A stretch of DNA of 64,000 nucleotides from Felis catus. Lineage: Eukaryota. The notes under the pieces were generated by a model. The model was not told the DNA's origin and searched no databases. It saw nothing but the letters and a program-made list of their open reading frames with translations. The translations under genes and the position numbers were made by a program. Positions 13,771-26,299 of this stretch are shown one piece after another (the first letter of the stretch is position 1; each line of letters starts with the position of its first letter). Location of the stretch: NCBI RefSeq assembly GCF_018350175.1, contig NC_058368.1, forward strand, positions 69,814,001 through 69,878,000, given 5' to 3'.

Positions 13771-14282
13771 TGTAAAAGGAGTGAAAGAAGCCAGTTACAA
13801 AAAGCACAGACCATAGGATCCCATTTATATGAAGCTTTCAGAATAGGCAAATCGATACAGACAGGAAGTACATCATTGGTGCCTAGGGCTGGGGAAGTTG
13901 GGAGGAAACGCAGGGTGACCAGTAATGGGAAAGGCTTCTTTCTGGGGTGATGACAACATTCTAAAGTTCACTATGGTGATGGCTGCACAACTCTGTGACT
14001 ACACCAGAAGCCACTGCATGGTGCATTTTTTAAATGGATGAACTATGTGGCATGTGCAATCTATCTCCTTAAAGCTGTTTTTAAAAAGGAAAAACAAAAA
14101 ATAGAGAAACCAGAAAAACGCAGAGTATAAGGTAGTAAAGCTATTCAGAACATGCTGGTATTAGCTAAATAAGTATCCCACTCCAGAATATACAGTCCAG
14201 AGGGCTGACAGGAATAAGAACCTCATGAAAAGATACTCAAAATCCTAAGTCATTGGAGAAATGCAAATTGAAACCACAATGA

Positions 14283-14385
14283 GGGACATCTGGCTGGTTC
14301 GGTCGGAAGAGCATGCAACTCATGATCTTGGGGTTGAGTTCAAGAGTCATGCTGGGTTTAGATATTCTTAAAAAAAAAAAAAAAC
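14283..14385 (+). mobile_element. Short, older Can-SINE within L1
   Basis: Degenerate head plus A tail. Confidence 0.75.
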
Positions 14386-15260
14386 CCCACAAGGAGATAC
14401 CATTACACGCTTACAAAAATGGCTAACATAAAAAATGCTGATAATGCCAACGCAAAAAGGTACAGTCACTGTAGAAAATCAAACATACACTTACCATATG
14501 ACCCAGCAATCCTACTTCTAGTATTTATCCTTGAGAAAGGAAAACTTATGTTCATATAAAAACTGTATGTGAGTGTTTACAGCAACGTTATTCACAACCG
14601 CCAAAATCTGGAAACCACCCAACTGCCCTTCGACAGGCCAATATGGCACACATCATTACAAAAGTATACCACTCGACAATACAGAAGCACAAACAACTGA
14701 TAACATGCAGAAACACGGATTAATCCCAAATGCATTATGCTAACTGCAAGAAGCCAGTAACAAAGGTGTGTGATTCCATTTATATGATGCTCTAGAAAAT
14801 GCAAATCACAGGGGCAACAAACAGATCAATGGATGCCAGGAGTTGAGGTGAGGGATGGGTCGGGAATTCTTTGGGATACTGGGATTGTTCTGTGTCCCAT
14901 GCGTGGTGGTTGTAAGAAGCCATATGCCTGTAAAGATGCACAGAACTGTAAGAATTATACATCCAAAAAAGTTTTCACTGTGCAAATTTTGAAAAATAAC
15001 TGTGATTGGGAAAAATAAACTCATACACAGTACACAAAATGTTTATCTATTGAAGACACACATATCTTAAGACATATCAAAACCTACGCTACAGAAGAAA
15101 AAGGCAATGGGGATGAAGGAGGAAACGTAGCAAATGGGAACAGACCAGGGTCTTACACAGATCAGTGATGATGGTGCCACAAACTGAAAAATAGGGGGGA
15201 AAAAAAAAGCTCCAAATGGAAAAGGTGGAAAGAAATCCAGTAAGAAAATGACCAAAGCTT

Positions 15261-15508
15261 GGGGCGCCTGGGTGGCTTGGTCGGTTAAGCGTCCAACTTC
15301 GACTCAGGTCATGATCTCACGGTCCGTGAGTTCGAGCCCTGCGTCGGGCTCTGGGCTGACAGCTCAGAGCCTGGAGCCTGTTTCAGATTCTGTGTCTCCC
15401 TCTCTCTCTGCCCCTCCCCCGTTCATGCTCTGTCTCTCTCTGTCCCAAAAAAATAAATAAACGTTGAAAAAAAAAAATTAAAAAAAAAAAAAAAGATTTT
15501 TTTTTTTA
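15261..15508 (+). mobile_element. Felid Can-SINE
   Basis: Full length; perfect TSD aagaaaatgaccaaagctt. Confidence 0.92.
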
Positions 15509-15651
15509 AAGAAAATGACCAAAGCTTGATTTGAATAAAACAGGCCACTTGATTGGTTAGGCAGTTAGCCTAAAGCTCGGAGAGGCTATAATAAGATCTC
15601 TGCCTTAGCACCAAGAATGATGCTCCTGGTTCAAAAACAACAGAGGCCAAA

Positions 15652-15880
15652 GGGCGCCTGGGTGACTCAGTCGGTTAGACATCCGACTTCAGCTCAGGTC
15701 ATGGTCTCGCAGTTCCTGGGTTCGAGCCCCGTATTGGGTTCTGCAGTGACAGCTCAGAGCCTGGAGCCTGCTTTGGATTCTGTGTGTGTGTGTGTGTCTG
15801 TTCTTCCCTCGCTTATGTGATCTCGCTCTCTCTCACTCAAACTCAGACTCTCTGTCTCAAAAATAAATAAACTTTAAAGA
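15652..15880 (+). mobile_element. Can-SINE with internal (TG)n
   Basis: Head, body and tail motifs. Confidence 0.88.
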
Positions 15881-16703
15881 AGTGACCAAAAAGGGTTAAA
15901 AAATTAAAAACATCTTACAATACACCAATAAAAAAGGAAAGAAAGCAACCAAGATAACAGCATCTCACTTGCTTTTTCATGCATTAACTTCTGACATTGG
16001 TTGTCATCAATCTGCCAGAAAACACAGAAAATGTTAAAAAGATGAGGGCCTCCTATTATCCAGCACTAGTCCAGATATTAATTAATGTCCCAGGGATATG
16101 AATTTTGCAGTAAGCCCACAAGTGCTCAAGGAAGACTCACACTTCCCATGAAGACACCCGTCAGTGAGGGGAAGGACTTCTCCCTCTCACTCTGGTGAAC
16201 TGCATCCCTGGGAAACCAGACCAGCACCGCTCTCCACTGCTTTGTTTAAAAACAGCAGAGTTTATATAATGGACACTGGACTAGAAAGGCTCAGAGACAG
16301 TATTTAGGTAAATGATGCCTGCTGTGAACAAGCTTCTTTGGCCCATAATGTCCTGAGGAATCCTACTGCCTTTGTCCTGTCTTCTGTCAGAACAAAAGTC
16401 ACCCAGAAAAGCATCTTTCGGATACCACTGTCCCCAAAACACTGACACTGCACAGTTTAGCCTAGCATACAAAGCCGTATAAAATCACTGTCCCGAATTT
16501 GGACACCTCCTGCTGGTGATGCTCACAAAACCCAAAAATCTGGTCTGGCCCTAAAAATCACACAGGCATAATCATGGTCTCTGAGACTCTCTGTCCAAAA
16601 TGCCCCTTGGGATATTTCCAAGAATCTCAATGCCAGCCCTAGAAATACCATCCCTTCTACCTATACATCTGGAGACAAAAGATCGCTGTTCATTCCACAG
16701 GGC

Positions 16704-16880
16704 AGCATTTTCTCACCACTGGCACTATGGGCGCATGGGCCATGTGATTCTTTGTTGTGGGGGCTGTCCCCGTGCAGTGCAGGGCATGTAGCAGCATCCC
16801 TGGTGCACACCCCCTGCCAAATGCCAGCGGCAGCATCCCCCAGTAACAACAACTAAAACGTCTCCAGACATGGCCGCAGG
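16704..16880 (-). mobile_element. MER20 (hAT-Charlie) relic
   Basis: attctttgttgtgggggctgtccccgtgcagtgcagg...gcagcatccctgg...aaaacgtctccagacatggcc matches reverse-complement MER20. Confidence 0.75.
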
Positions 16881-17796
16881 TACCGTGAAGTGTGGGCGGG
16901 TGCATGATGGGGCAGCTGGCGAGAGATACAGCAAGAACTGTATTTAGGTGGCTGGGCCCCAATGTCACATGCTCTTTGTCACAACCACAGAAAGTCCCAC
17001 GCTCCGTAGGGACTTCTCCAAACAGGAGTCCTGACTCTCTTCTCTGGCCCTTTAAATCTGCCTTTTTGACTCAAGTTCAGTTAAGCTGCAAATCACGTCT
17101 CACATACTGTACCAAGAGTATCTTATTTTCTGTACCTCCAGGAGAATGTGCCAGGACCGTCTGCCTTCAGGGGTGGGGAAGACATGAGCAAGAAGGAATC
17201 CATGCACTTGAATGAGAATTCCTGCAGCGCAAGAGAGTTTGTACCCGTACCAGGCATATATGTTGAACGCAAATGCTTCCCAAAACTGAATAACCCATCT
17301 GTGTTCCTAACTCTGTCAGAAACCAGGTCAAAACAAAAGCAGGATCTACCATGGGGCAGTTTGGGAAAAAGTGTGAGTAAAGATAAATTCGGACGTGTCC
17401 CAACAGGTATGTTTATTATCATGTAGCAACATTAATATTTCTTCTCTGAGATAAAAAGATCATGAAATTATAATACAATACAGGGAAGCAAGAGACTGTA
17501 GTTTTGTTTTGTTTTCTTTCTGGAGATAAAGCGTAATGGGCTGATTATGTTATCTAAACTTGGATGTGTCTGAAAGTCAAGGGAGAGGCGATTAGCAGTC
17601 ACACTGGGACAAGGAGTCCTAAGAAGTGGGTGGATGGTAGCCTACCCAGCAGCCTCATTCACAAACACGCCGCCATTAATATGTTTTTCTTTTACTTCTT
17701 TTCCTAAAGGCAAAATGATTGGTTTTTCTATTTCATCAGGAGCTACTATTCGCCCCTTGGAAAAGAAGAAAAAAAAGAGACATGAGAAATCAAAAT

Positions 17797-18012
17797 GGGG
17801 TGCCCGGGTGGCTCAGTCAGTCGAGCATCTGACGACGTTGGCTCAGATCATGATCTCAGTTTGTGGGTTCGAACCCCGAGTCAGGCTGCGCTGACAGCTC
17901 AGAGCCTGGAGCCTGCTTCGGATTCCTTGTCTCCCTCTCTCTCGCTCTCTGTCCCTCCCCCCCTTTTCAAAAATAAATAAATATTTTTAAAAATTTTAAT
18001 AAAAAAAATTTT
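17797..18012 (+). mobile_element. Can-SINE
   Basis: Head, body and tail motifs. Confidence 0.88.
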
Positions 18013-18482
18013 AAGTCAAAATAATTTAACCCTTAAAAAATCACTGCAAAGTGTACTTGTAAGGTACATGACACAGCCAATCCTTTTACCAGCAGAATTT
18101 GTATTTACACAGAGTAGTCAATTTTCTAAAACTCATCAGGGGACTTTTCCATATTAGTTTTCTAGTGAATCTGATGAGTAAAACTACCCAAAAAATTTTT
18201 AGGAACTGAAGAAAAACCTAACTCTTCCGTTGGGGATCTGAATCCACTTTAGACTCCATGGACACGTTTCCTTAGCATCAATACTACAACAAAAACAACT
18301 AAGATAAACAGCTTTTCTGTTTTCTAGATTTTTTTGCCTTGCACTTGATTTGCTCTGGTTACGCTGGCTTGATGTTTGAGAGTACTAAGTAATTTATTAT
18401 AAAAGAAAATGACAAACCTGATTTTTAGAATTTTGAAGCATCTGGCACAGATATCTTATCTCTTATTAAAAAAAATAATTAA

Positions 18483-18690
18483 GGGGCACCTGGGTAGCTC
18501 AGTCGGTTAAGCGTCTGACTTCAGCTCAGGTCATGATCTCGCAGTTTGGGAGTTCGAGCCCCACATTGCGCTCTGTGCTGACACCTCAGAGCCTGGAGCC
18601 TGCTTCAGATTCTATGTCTCCCTGTCTCTCAGCACCTGCCTCCTTCCCTCCCTCCCTCAAAAATGAATACACATTAAAAAAAAATTTAAG
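18483..18690 (+). mobile_element. Can-SINE
   Basis: Full length; TSD aaaaaataattaag. Confidence 0.9.
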
Positions 18691-20329
18691 TAATAAAAAA
18701 TAATTAAGTCATCACTTGCTAAAAGTCTCCTATATGCCAGGCACTTTATCTATATGTTCTCAATCTTGATCAGTAATCCTGCAAGATAACTGTTATGTTT
18801 CTGTCTTTCATCCTCAGGAAGTCAGCAGCCTGGAGAAAAAAACCCTGACAGTCGAGTATCTATGCTAGGATCCAAGACTAAAATCCTGGCTTTGATTCCA
18901 AGTGAATCTCAAAGTGGAGATTCTAATAATCTGCCTATCTCTGCAAAACAAAACAAAACACCTGAGAGATCTGTACAGCTAAACAGAATAAGTAGAATTT
19001 GTAACCACTGCAAAAGAAGAAAAGAGGCTTAGAATCCTATGTGACATCATCATGCCCTGTTAAGATCTTACTATGCCCTTGCTGCCTAACTAAAAAACCA
19101 AACAATTCTCTCTCTCTGCACACCAACCAGATCACCCCCTGCATGCACACATATGCATGCACACACACAGTTTTATTATGACCTTGAGGATAGTATTTTT
19201 GTGACATAAGATTCCAGGGTTTATGGCTGGGACACAGAAGCTTCTGGTTAATTAAATATCCTCACTGGTTTAATCTCCCTAACATTAAACCCCTAAACTA
19301 CAACAAAGGAAGATCTTCTTTGGTGTGTAGCAATACCCTTTAAGGACCCATCCAGGCGTCAGATTCATCAAAAGAAACTCAAGTTCTCACTGCTGAAATT
19401 AATTCCCTCTGCTCCTTCATCTGACCTTGTTTTTGTTTTTAATCTTTGGGGGGAAAACTTGCCACACCACACTGAAGCTCTGTGATTTGATCCCAGCCAC
19501 CAAGTGGAAATCAACTCCACTCACCTCATCTTCGGTAACATTCAGTATATTCAGACCACTACTTACCTATTGTTCTTAATCTCTTTTTCTGGACGGGATG
19601 ATTGAAACTGACACAGTTAGAGACCTCTGAATGCTAACCCAGTAGGAAGAAACTAGTTTCTGCTCATTTCTTCTTTGCCCCATCTTGGTATGTGAAAGTC
19701 CTTCACACCAGGTGAAGTCGAAGGCCCTCTCTCCCATCACCACTTAAGGAACTAATGAGAATATTACCTCTGAATGCCATGAGGAGCTTTTAAAAGGGCA
19801 ACAAAAACCAGAGAGCACAGGAATTTGCAACTTAGTGTCAAAGACCCATTGACCCATTCGTCTTTTGTGTCGATTTATTTTGTATCTGACTGGACAGTTA
19901 GGACTATACAAACTTAAACTTCATGAGCCTACCGAGATGATAGAAGAGCCTCTGGCTTGTCACTGAGCGTCTTCCCTGGGCCAAAGAACTTCATGAACTC
20001 TGTTATACGAGAACCAGCGGACAGAGTCACAGGTCTGGACTCGTGTTCTGCCCAACTTACAACAGCCAATATTGTTTAACTAGAGAAGTCCCTTATGTTT
20101 TTAATTAGACAGAATCATCCATCTTTTATACGGTTTAAGAAATCAAGGTTTCACGGTGGTGATTATTATTTTTGGCATTCTTGAGGCAGTTATAGTCTCT
20201 AAAAGACAATCTGCCTAGTAAACTATAAGACACTCTAGACAAAGTTATCCAAATTTTTCATCCTGTCTGAAGACAGTCAGTGGAAAAAATCACTCCATGA
20301 GTTACTCCACTTCCTTTACAGAGTAAGTG

Positions 20330-20720
20330 ACTTTGAGCACCAAGCCCATTGCCTGTTCGATGACGCACATGATGACACGCCATTTGCCAGCCTCTCCAGA
20401 GTCAGGTGTGGCAGCGTGGTGGCGCTCTGGCCAGGGGAATGTGGGCAGGAAGAATGTGCTCTTTATCTAGGCCTGTGCACATGAACACTTCTCACGGGAG
20501 CCTCCATTTTGGCCCTCATGATGACTTAAGGCAGACGAGCACAGCCATGTATGGAAGACAGAAGGAAGAACAAGACAGAAGAAACTAGGATTCCTACAAA
20601 ACTGGAGGAAAACCACTCATCAATCAGGACTACCAGGGAACAAGAAATAAACTTCTGTCAGATGTGCGCTATTAGAAATGTGGGAGGTTATTCTAGCAGC
20701 TGGCATTATGCTAACCAAAC
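20330..20720 (+). mobile_element. MaLR (MLT1-like) LTR remnant
   Basis: 3' end caagaaataaacttctgtcag...gggaggttattctagcagc...ctaacc is typical of MLT1. Confidence 0.55.
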
Positions 20721-22735
20721 AAATTTACTGGGCAACTCTAGATCAAGGTTAGGCTGACTTGGAATGGATGCTCTAGAATTAGTGACTCAGGCAAGAACAG
20801 GACATACCAGATGGAATCTCTAAATATGTACAGTGAACACCATGTTTGGCCATAATAAAGCAATCTATTCCAGTAAAAATTTTGCTGGAGAACTGAGGTT
20901 GAAAAGATACTTTTGAACCACTGATCCTTTATTTCCATAGCTGGCATAAATCACCAAAAATCTGTGAGAATCTTCAACCCTGCCTTTGCCGAAGGTACCA
21001 TAATTCATATTAAAATACAACACCAGCATACCACAGGAAACCCAACTCTGAATTTACTATAAAACTACTGTTGAAGTCATTTCACAAAGGATATTATGTG
21101 ATACAGCAGAGTTCAAGTTGAGTTTCTTTAACTATTTGTTTTTTTCGCAGTAGAAATTTAAGATCAAGACGACCTTTGCTTTCTCGTATGCAAGTCACAT
21201 GTGTTCTCTTGGAAGAGAATCAAAACATATAGTGCTTCCCTTCCTGCCCTCTCGAGACCGAAAATGGATGTGCACCCCCCCCACACACACACACATACAA
21301 CATTCACTGTCATCACTGGGGTCCTTCCTCCTCCTTGCTTTGACCTCAGTGAGCATGTCCTTCACTGCTAGATTACTTCAGAGATGAGGTATGAATAAAT
21401 TCATCAATTAAGGAAGGAAACGAACACTCGTTAAGTACCTACCACATGGTAGGTTATTTTTACACGGTCTTCATACCATTTAATCTTTGCAACCGTGAAA
21501 TGTATATACCATAATTTTCCATTTTACAAAGGAGGAAGCAGGGAATTTTTTTAAAAAACAAACAAACTTGCTCAAGGCCATACACGAAGACAAGATCAAG
21601 TCCAAGACATAGGACTTCAAAACTTAAATCTTTCCATTTCAAAATGCTGCATTTGACCTACGACCATCCTCCGGGCCATCCTTTGCCATTGGACCTACGC
21701 CATATTGCCAAAATAAGAAAACTGGATTACTGCTCAATTTTTATTTCATTAAATATTCATTTTTAGTGAATCGATGGTTCTCAAGTTGGCCATCCTTCCG
21801 CTTATACCTTATTATCACATTTCCGCAAAATCAAAGCGTGTACTGCGCACGCTACCCCGTGAAGATTTTAGAGGATAAACCCAGGGCAGGAGGAAGCACA
21901 GCCGTGCATTATCTGGGCTCACCGCTGCCTCTCTCAGGAAGTAGTTCTTTCTACCTAGGAAGTGTTGGTTTCCCCAAGGGTTATTCTAGAATTTTTGTTC
22001 ACCAATTCTTAAACATTTCCAAAACTCCCTCTGGGAAGATACTACATTGCTAAGGTCAGTAAACAGGCACAGGCCAAGGAAGCTGAAACACAAGCGACAG
22101 TCTTCTACTTTCTCAGCGGGGCGGCAGGAGTGCCCTACAACATCTAAAATGGTTCCATGCCGGACTAGAAAACGATTTTTAATGCTCTTCTTTTTCCTAC
22201 TTACAGGACAAGGTGAAATCAAGGACAATTTGTAGTGCTGTATCACAACTCTTTTAAGTAATTATTTACTTCCCTAGAATTCTTCAAAGTCAAATATAGA
22301 TAAAGTAGTTCACAAAATATTATCAGTTCCAGCAGTTATTTAAAACAGCATTAAACTACAGTTGATCAGTGAGACTATCAAAAGGCTAATATTCTTAGGT
22401 TAGCACAAGTTTTCACCATGCTAAAATTAGGTAAATTCATGGTTGTCAGTTACAATACCTTCATAATCAATGTGTCTCTGGTGACCAAGTCCTGCTCAAA
22501 AATACGCTTTCCTGTTTGAAAGGGAATTTCAACACACGCTTTAACCAGAATATATTTCTATAGGTGACATTTAAGATGATAAAACTATCGACGCCAGGTT
22601 CTTTTGACTGCTAAGGTCAGAACATTTCTCCTTCCTCTGAAAGCCTGCTGTGCTACCGACGACCTTTATGTACGCCACTCCAGCTCGGTCAAGCGCTGCG
22701 TCACGGAAAATCACGCTGTTATTTTCAGGCCTTAC

Positions 22736-22966
22736 CTTCAGGTAGGATCCATAATATTTCGTTACGTATGGACTGTCACACTGACTCAGCACTGTGATTT
22801 CTTGTTGAATGTCCTCTATCTCATCTTCAGCTTCTTCCAGATCAATGATTTTTATGGCAACCACTTTCTGAGTCCGAAGGTCAATGCCTTTGAACACCTC
22901 ACCAAAAGAGCCCTTTCCAATTTTCTCCAGTTTTGTAAAAAGCTCTTCTGGATCTGCTTTCAGGTT
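22736..22966 (-). CDS. STK24: STK24 (MST3) common coding exon 2, kinase N-lobe, 231 nt, phase 0/0
   Basis: Translates to [77 protein letters not shown], with the GxGxxG loop, VAIK lysine and alphaC Glu. Acceptor is ccttctcttctacAG after a polypyrimidine tract; donor is AAG|GTAAGG. NLKAD, LEKIG, QKVV and SPYV match STK24 rather than STK25 or STK26. Confidence 0.97.
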
Positions 22967-23654
22967 CTGTAGAAGAGAAGGAAAAGAAGGGAGACTTCAA
23001 TAACTCACAGTATGGGGACGGATTTTTCCTTTTACTCATAACATACACAACACGGTCTTCCAAGGACTGATCCATTTTCTTAAGGGTCACGCTGGTTGTG
23101 ACCACAGTTCCTCACATTCGGGACACAGAGACTTCTAAGCCTCACCTCCACGAAACACGGCAAGTGTGCAAATAAGACTAACCCACATTATAACAACTGG
23201 GAAAGGCTCCAGCATTTGCATAATTAAATAAAAACCCAAACACTTATTTGAACATATTATGATATATGGATTTATTGAAAAACACTCTTGTTTAAGCAAA
23301 TATTCCACTTTTCTCCCTTCCTTCCCCCCCGCTCAAAATTTCTAAGTGCAGGTTGGTATATACTAAATTTAGGTTAAGTAGTACTTAATCGTTTCCTAAG
23401 AGGCCATGTTTTAAAGTCCAACAAATACAGTCCTATGCATCTTCACTTACAGCCTAAATATTTTAACCAGATCCCAGAAAACAAGAAGAACCTGATTGCT
23501 TCTGTCTTGTTAACATTACCTCCTTGAAATTGCTGCGAAAGCTCTTAACCACCAACAGGATCGCACGAACACACACAGCGTACGTTTCCAAGGGGCCCAG
23601 ATGTAGGGACTCTGGCACCCATCCTAACGGCTTCCTGACCACAGAGGTATGAGC

Positions 23655-23835
23655 AGCTGAATTCTCAATGGGCAACACCCTGTCATCCCCAGGGGATGTC
23701 TGGAAATGGTATGAGGCGGTGTTTGTCCCAAACCGAGGGGCGAGCCTGACGTTCAGCAAGGAGACCTGAGGATGCTGCATATCTCGGCACAAGGAACTGC
23801 CCAGCCCAAAACGCTGCTGGCATCACCTGAAACCC
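23655..23835 (+). mobile_element. MER20/MER20B-like relic in the intron between the two exons
   Basis: ttctcaa...ccccaggggatgtctggaaatgg...gaggatgctgc...aaggaactgcccagcccaaaa pattern. Confidence 0.5.
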
Positions 23836-24471
23836 CACAGAGCAGGAGAGGACCGGGCGAGCCGCCACCTTACACACCTTCCCTCGGTGTACGTGAGCAA
23901 GAGGACACCGGGCCCCCCCTCAAGGTCTCCCAGTCCTTGTAAGAAACTGAAATATGGAAAAGGGAGTAAGATGGGGAAGGAGGGGGGCTAAAGAGGCGGG
24001 ACACAGGCACAAGGAGAGGACGTATGGGGGGGCAGCGAGTAAAGAGGGGAGAGACAGAATCACAGCATTTCAGTGGCGCTGTCGGACAAGCTCTGCGGGC
24101 TAACCAGGCGCTAACTGGTAACTTGTTCCCACGGGGAAACACAAAGAGTTCCAAGCACGAGCTGGAGCCCAGCCAGCCGGGCCCTGATGTGGAGGTGCTG
24201 CTGTGCCAGCGTGAGCCCTGTGGAAATCACGTACCCCAGTAACGCCTGGGCAAACTGACAGTCGTGGGTGGTCTCAGGGACCCCAGAGAGGTCCCGTTTC
24301 TGAGAATGCACACCAAACTGTAAAAGCTCACAAAACCCACCAACCCTCTCAGTAAAAATGAGCAAAGGACGCAAGAAACGCATCCTGTGGTCGCCAGGAA
24401 AAAGGAACAGGAGACAGACCACGTCCATTTACAGCAGCTAGAAACCCCTGTTTACAAACCCCTTCCCTTAC

Positions 24472-24549
24472 CTCCTTCCCTCCACGATGAGGGGGGGTGG
24501 CCCTCCTTTTCCTCAAGGCTAATCCTAAACGCTGAGCTTTTGAGTCCAT
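24472..24549 (-). CDS. STK24: STK24 alternative first coding exon (long, MST3b-type N-terminus), 26 codons
   Basis: Encodes MDSKAQRLGLALRKRRATPPHRGGKE, aligning without gaps to the human long-isoform N-terminus MDSRAQLWGLALNKRRATLPHPGGST. Strong Kozak context (agaaggATGG). Phase-0 donor GAG|GTAAGG is in frame with exon 2. Confidence 0.92.
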
Positions 24550-24900
24550 CCTTCTGTCCCCCAGGATGTGGCTTCATCAGTAGCCCCCTTCGTCGCTCCC
24601 TCTTCCGTTCAGCCCTCTCTACAGACCCTTCGCCCTTGGCGGACGGATCCAGTTTCTCCCATTAAAAGAAAACAAAAACAAAAACAAAACCACCTGGCTT
24701 CTCTGGTCACCCTCCTCCTCCTCCACTCTCTCCCTCCTTGAGAGTTCCCTGCAAGTCCCCGGGACCAGCCAGGCGCCCCGCCCCTCACGGGTCACCGCTG
24801 CAGTCTGGCTCTGGCTTCAGGTGGCGCAGTGCCGGATCTGAACCTCCTCCACGAAGCCCTCCCTCTGGGAACTTTCCAGTCCCTTGGCATCTAAACCCTG
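24550..24900 (-). promoter_or_regulatory. Putative 5'UTR and internal promoter of the MST3b-type isoform
   Basis: Lies immediately 5' of the alternative first exon. Locally GC/CpG-rich with a GC-box-like GGCGCCCCGCCCC at about 24772-24784. The TSS is not determinable from sequence. Confidence 0.5.
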
Positions 24901-25648
24901 CCCTCCACTCGTCTCCTCCCCAGGCCCTAGTTCCAGAGGAGTCTTCCCACAGACTCTACCCACGCGGCCGAATCACAGGTATTCTCCCCGTGGCTCCATG
25001 CTGGCCTCCCAGCCCTTCTCTACTCGTTCTCCCAGTATAGTTTCAAGGTTTGATACCAGGTTCCCCAAACCCAGCTGGTCAGAATTACCTAGGATGCTTG
25101 GGAGATCCCCAAAACATCCTCAGTCATACACGGGGGGGCAAGAGTACACAATCCATGTTTTTAAAAAACCCCAACACCTTTGAGGAAGAACTGTTTTTAA
25201 ACTATCATGTATACAGTAACTTTCAAATTGCTAGCGCCAGCCTTGCCTTTTGAATTTTAATTCCTCGGATCAGTTACTAGATACATATTTCTACCTGGAC
25301 ATTTCAAGCACAACATACGTGAACTGAATTTGTCATCGCCCTACTGAACTGGCCATCCTCCCAGAGCACACTAGCTCCTTCACCAGACCATAAGCTGAAG
25401 GAACTGAGGGACCATGTTTTTCACTGCTGTGCCCACGTGCCCGGGCACAATGACTGCTGGCCGGTAAAGGTCCCCTGAGTAATAAGAAAGCCCCAGCCTT
25501 ACACTGACACAAACACAATCTAGGGGGAGTAGATACTACGAAGAATACCCTAATTCGGACAGGGACAGAGAGTCCAAGAAAGTAGGGGAGGGGGGCCATA
25601 TCTCTGGCTTACAAGGGTAAGGAAGTGGCAGTAAGAATTTGCAGGAAT

Positions 25649-25814
25649 GGGGGCACCTGGGTGCCTCAGTTAAGTGGCCGACTTCAGCTCAGGTCATGAT
25701 CTCACGGTTGGTGAGTTCGAGCCCCGCATCCCCGCATCAGGCTCTGTGCTGACACCTCAGAGTCTGGAGCCTGCTTCAGACTCTGTGTCTCCCTCTCTCT
25801 CTGCCCCACCCCTG

Positions 25815-25847
<33 letters not shown>

Positions 25848-25907
25848 TCTCTCTCTCTCTCTCTCTCAAAAATAAATAAACATTTTTTAAAAATTAAAAA
25901 ACAAAAC
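25649..25907 (+). mobile_element. Can-SINE with (CT)n(CA)n(CT)n microsatellite
   Basis: Full length; TSD gaat(t/c)tgcaggaa. Confidence 0.9.
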
Positions 25908-25919
25908 GAATCTGCAGGA

Positions 25920-26075
25920 ACAGTGATTCTCAAGTCTCAGGGGCACCGGAATCACCTGGCAGGCGTGTTAAGAGCACAGACTGCCTGGCCCACCCCTGGA
26001 ATTTCTGGTTCAGCAAATCTGGGGTGGGGCCCAAGAATCAGAGTGTGCCCAGGTGACACAGAACCACAACGGTCA
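25920..26075. mobile_element. MER5A-like DNA transposon relic
   Basis: cagtgattctcaa...gaatcacctgg...gcccacccctggaatttctggttcagcaaatctggggtggggcccaagaatc. Confidence 0.65.
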
Positions 26076-26299
26076 GGAAATCTGGGGAAAGGAGGAGAGC
26101 AGCCTTGACAAGGTGATGTGCCACCAAGATGTGACTTGTTTTAGGTTAGCTAACCTGCCAACCCTCTGCTAAGTCTCCCACCCCCAGACTAAGAAAAAAC
26201 AGTGACATTTCCTTTTCAAGAATTAATAGAAAACGAAGCCAACCAAAACGTATCCAAACTCCTACAATGGAGGGGATGACAGCGTGGGAGCCTACTACC

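Larger units (their letters stand above)
12480..15010 (+). mobile_element. Old L1M fragments (decayed ORF2 and 3'UTR pieces) with SINE insertions
   Basis: A-rich with L1-like motifs: gcattctctttaagatcaagaccaagacagg, aattcagcaag, ttaccatatgacccagcaatcctacttcta, gaaagaagccagttacaaaa, ttctggggtgatgacaacattctaaag. No intact ORF. Confidence 0.75.

Noticed and set aside
22571..22897. 108-aa ORF as a standalone or truncated kinase or processed pseudogene
   Set aside because: It is exon 2 read through its GT donor into the intron. Canonical splice sites at 22967-22968 and 22734-22735 show a real spliced exon.
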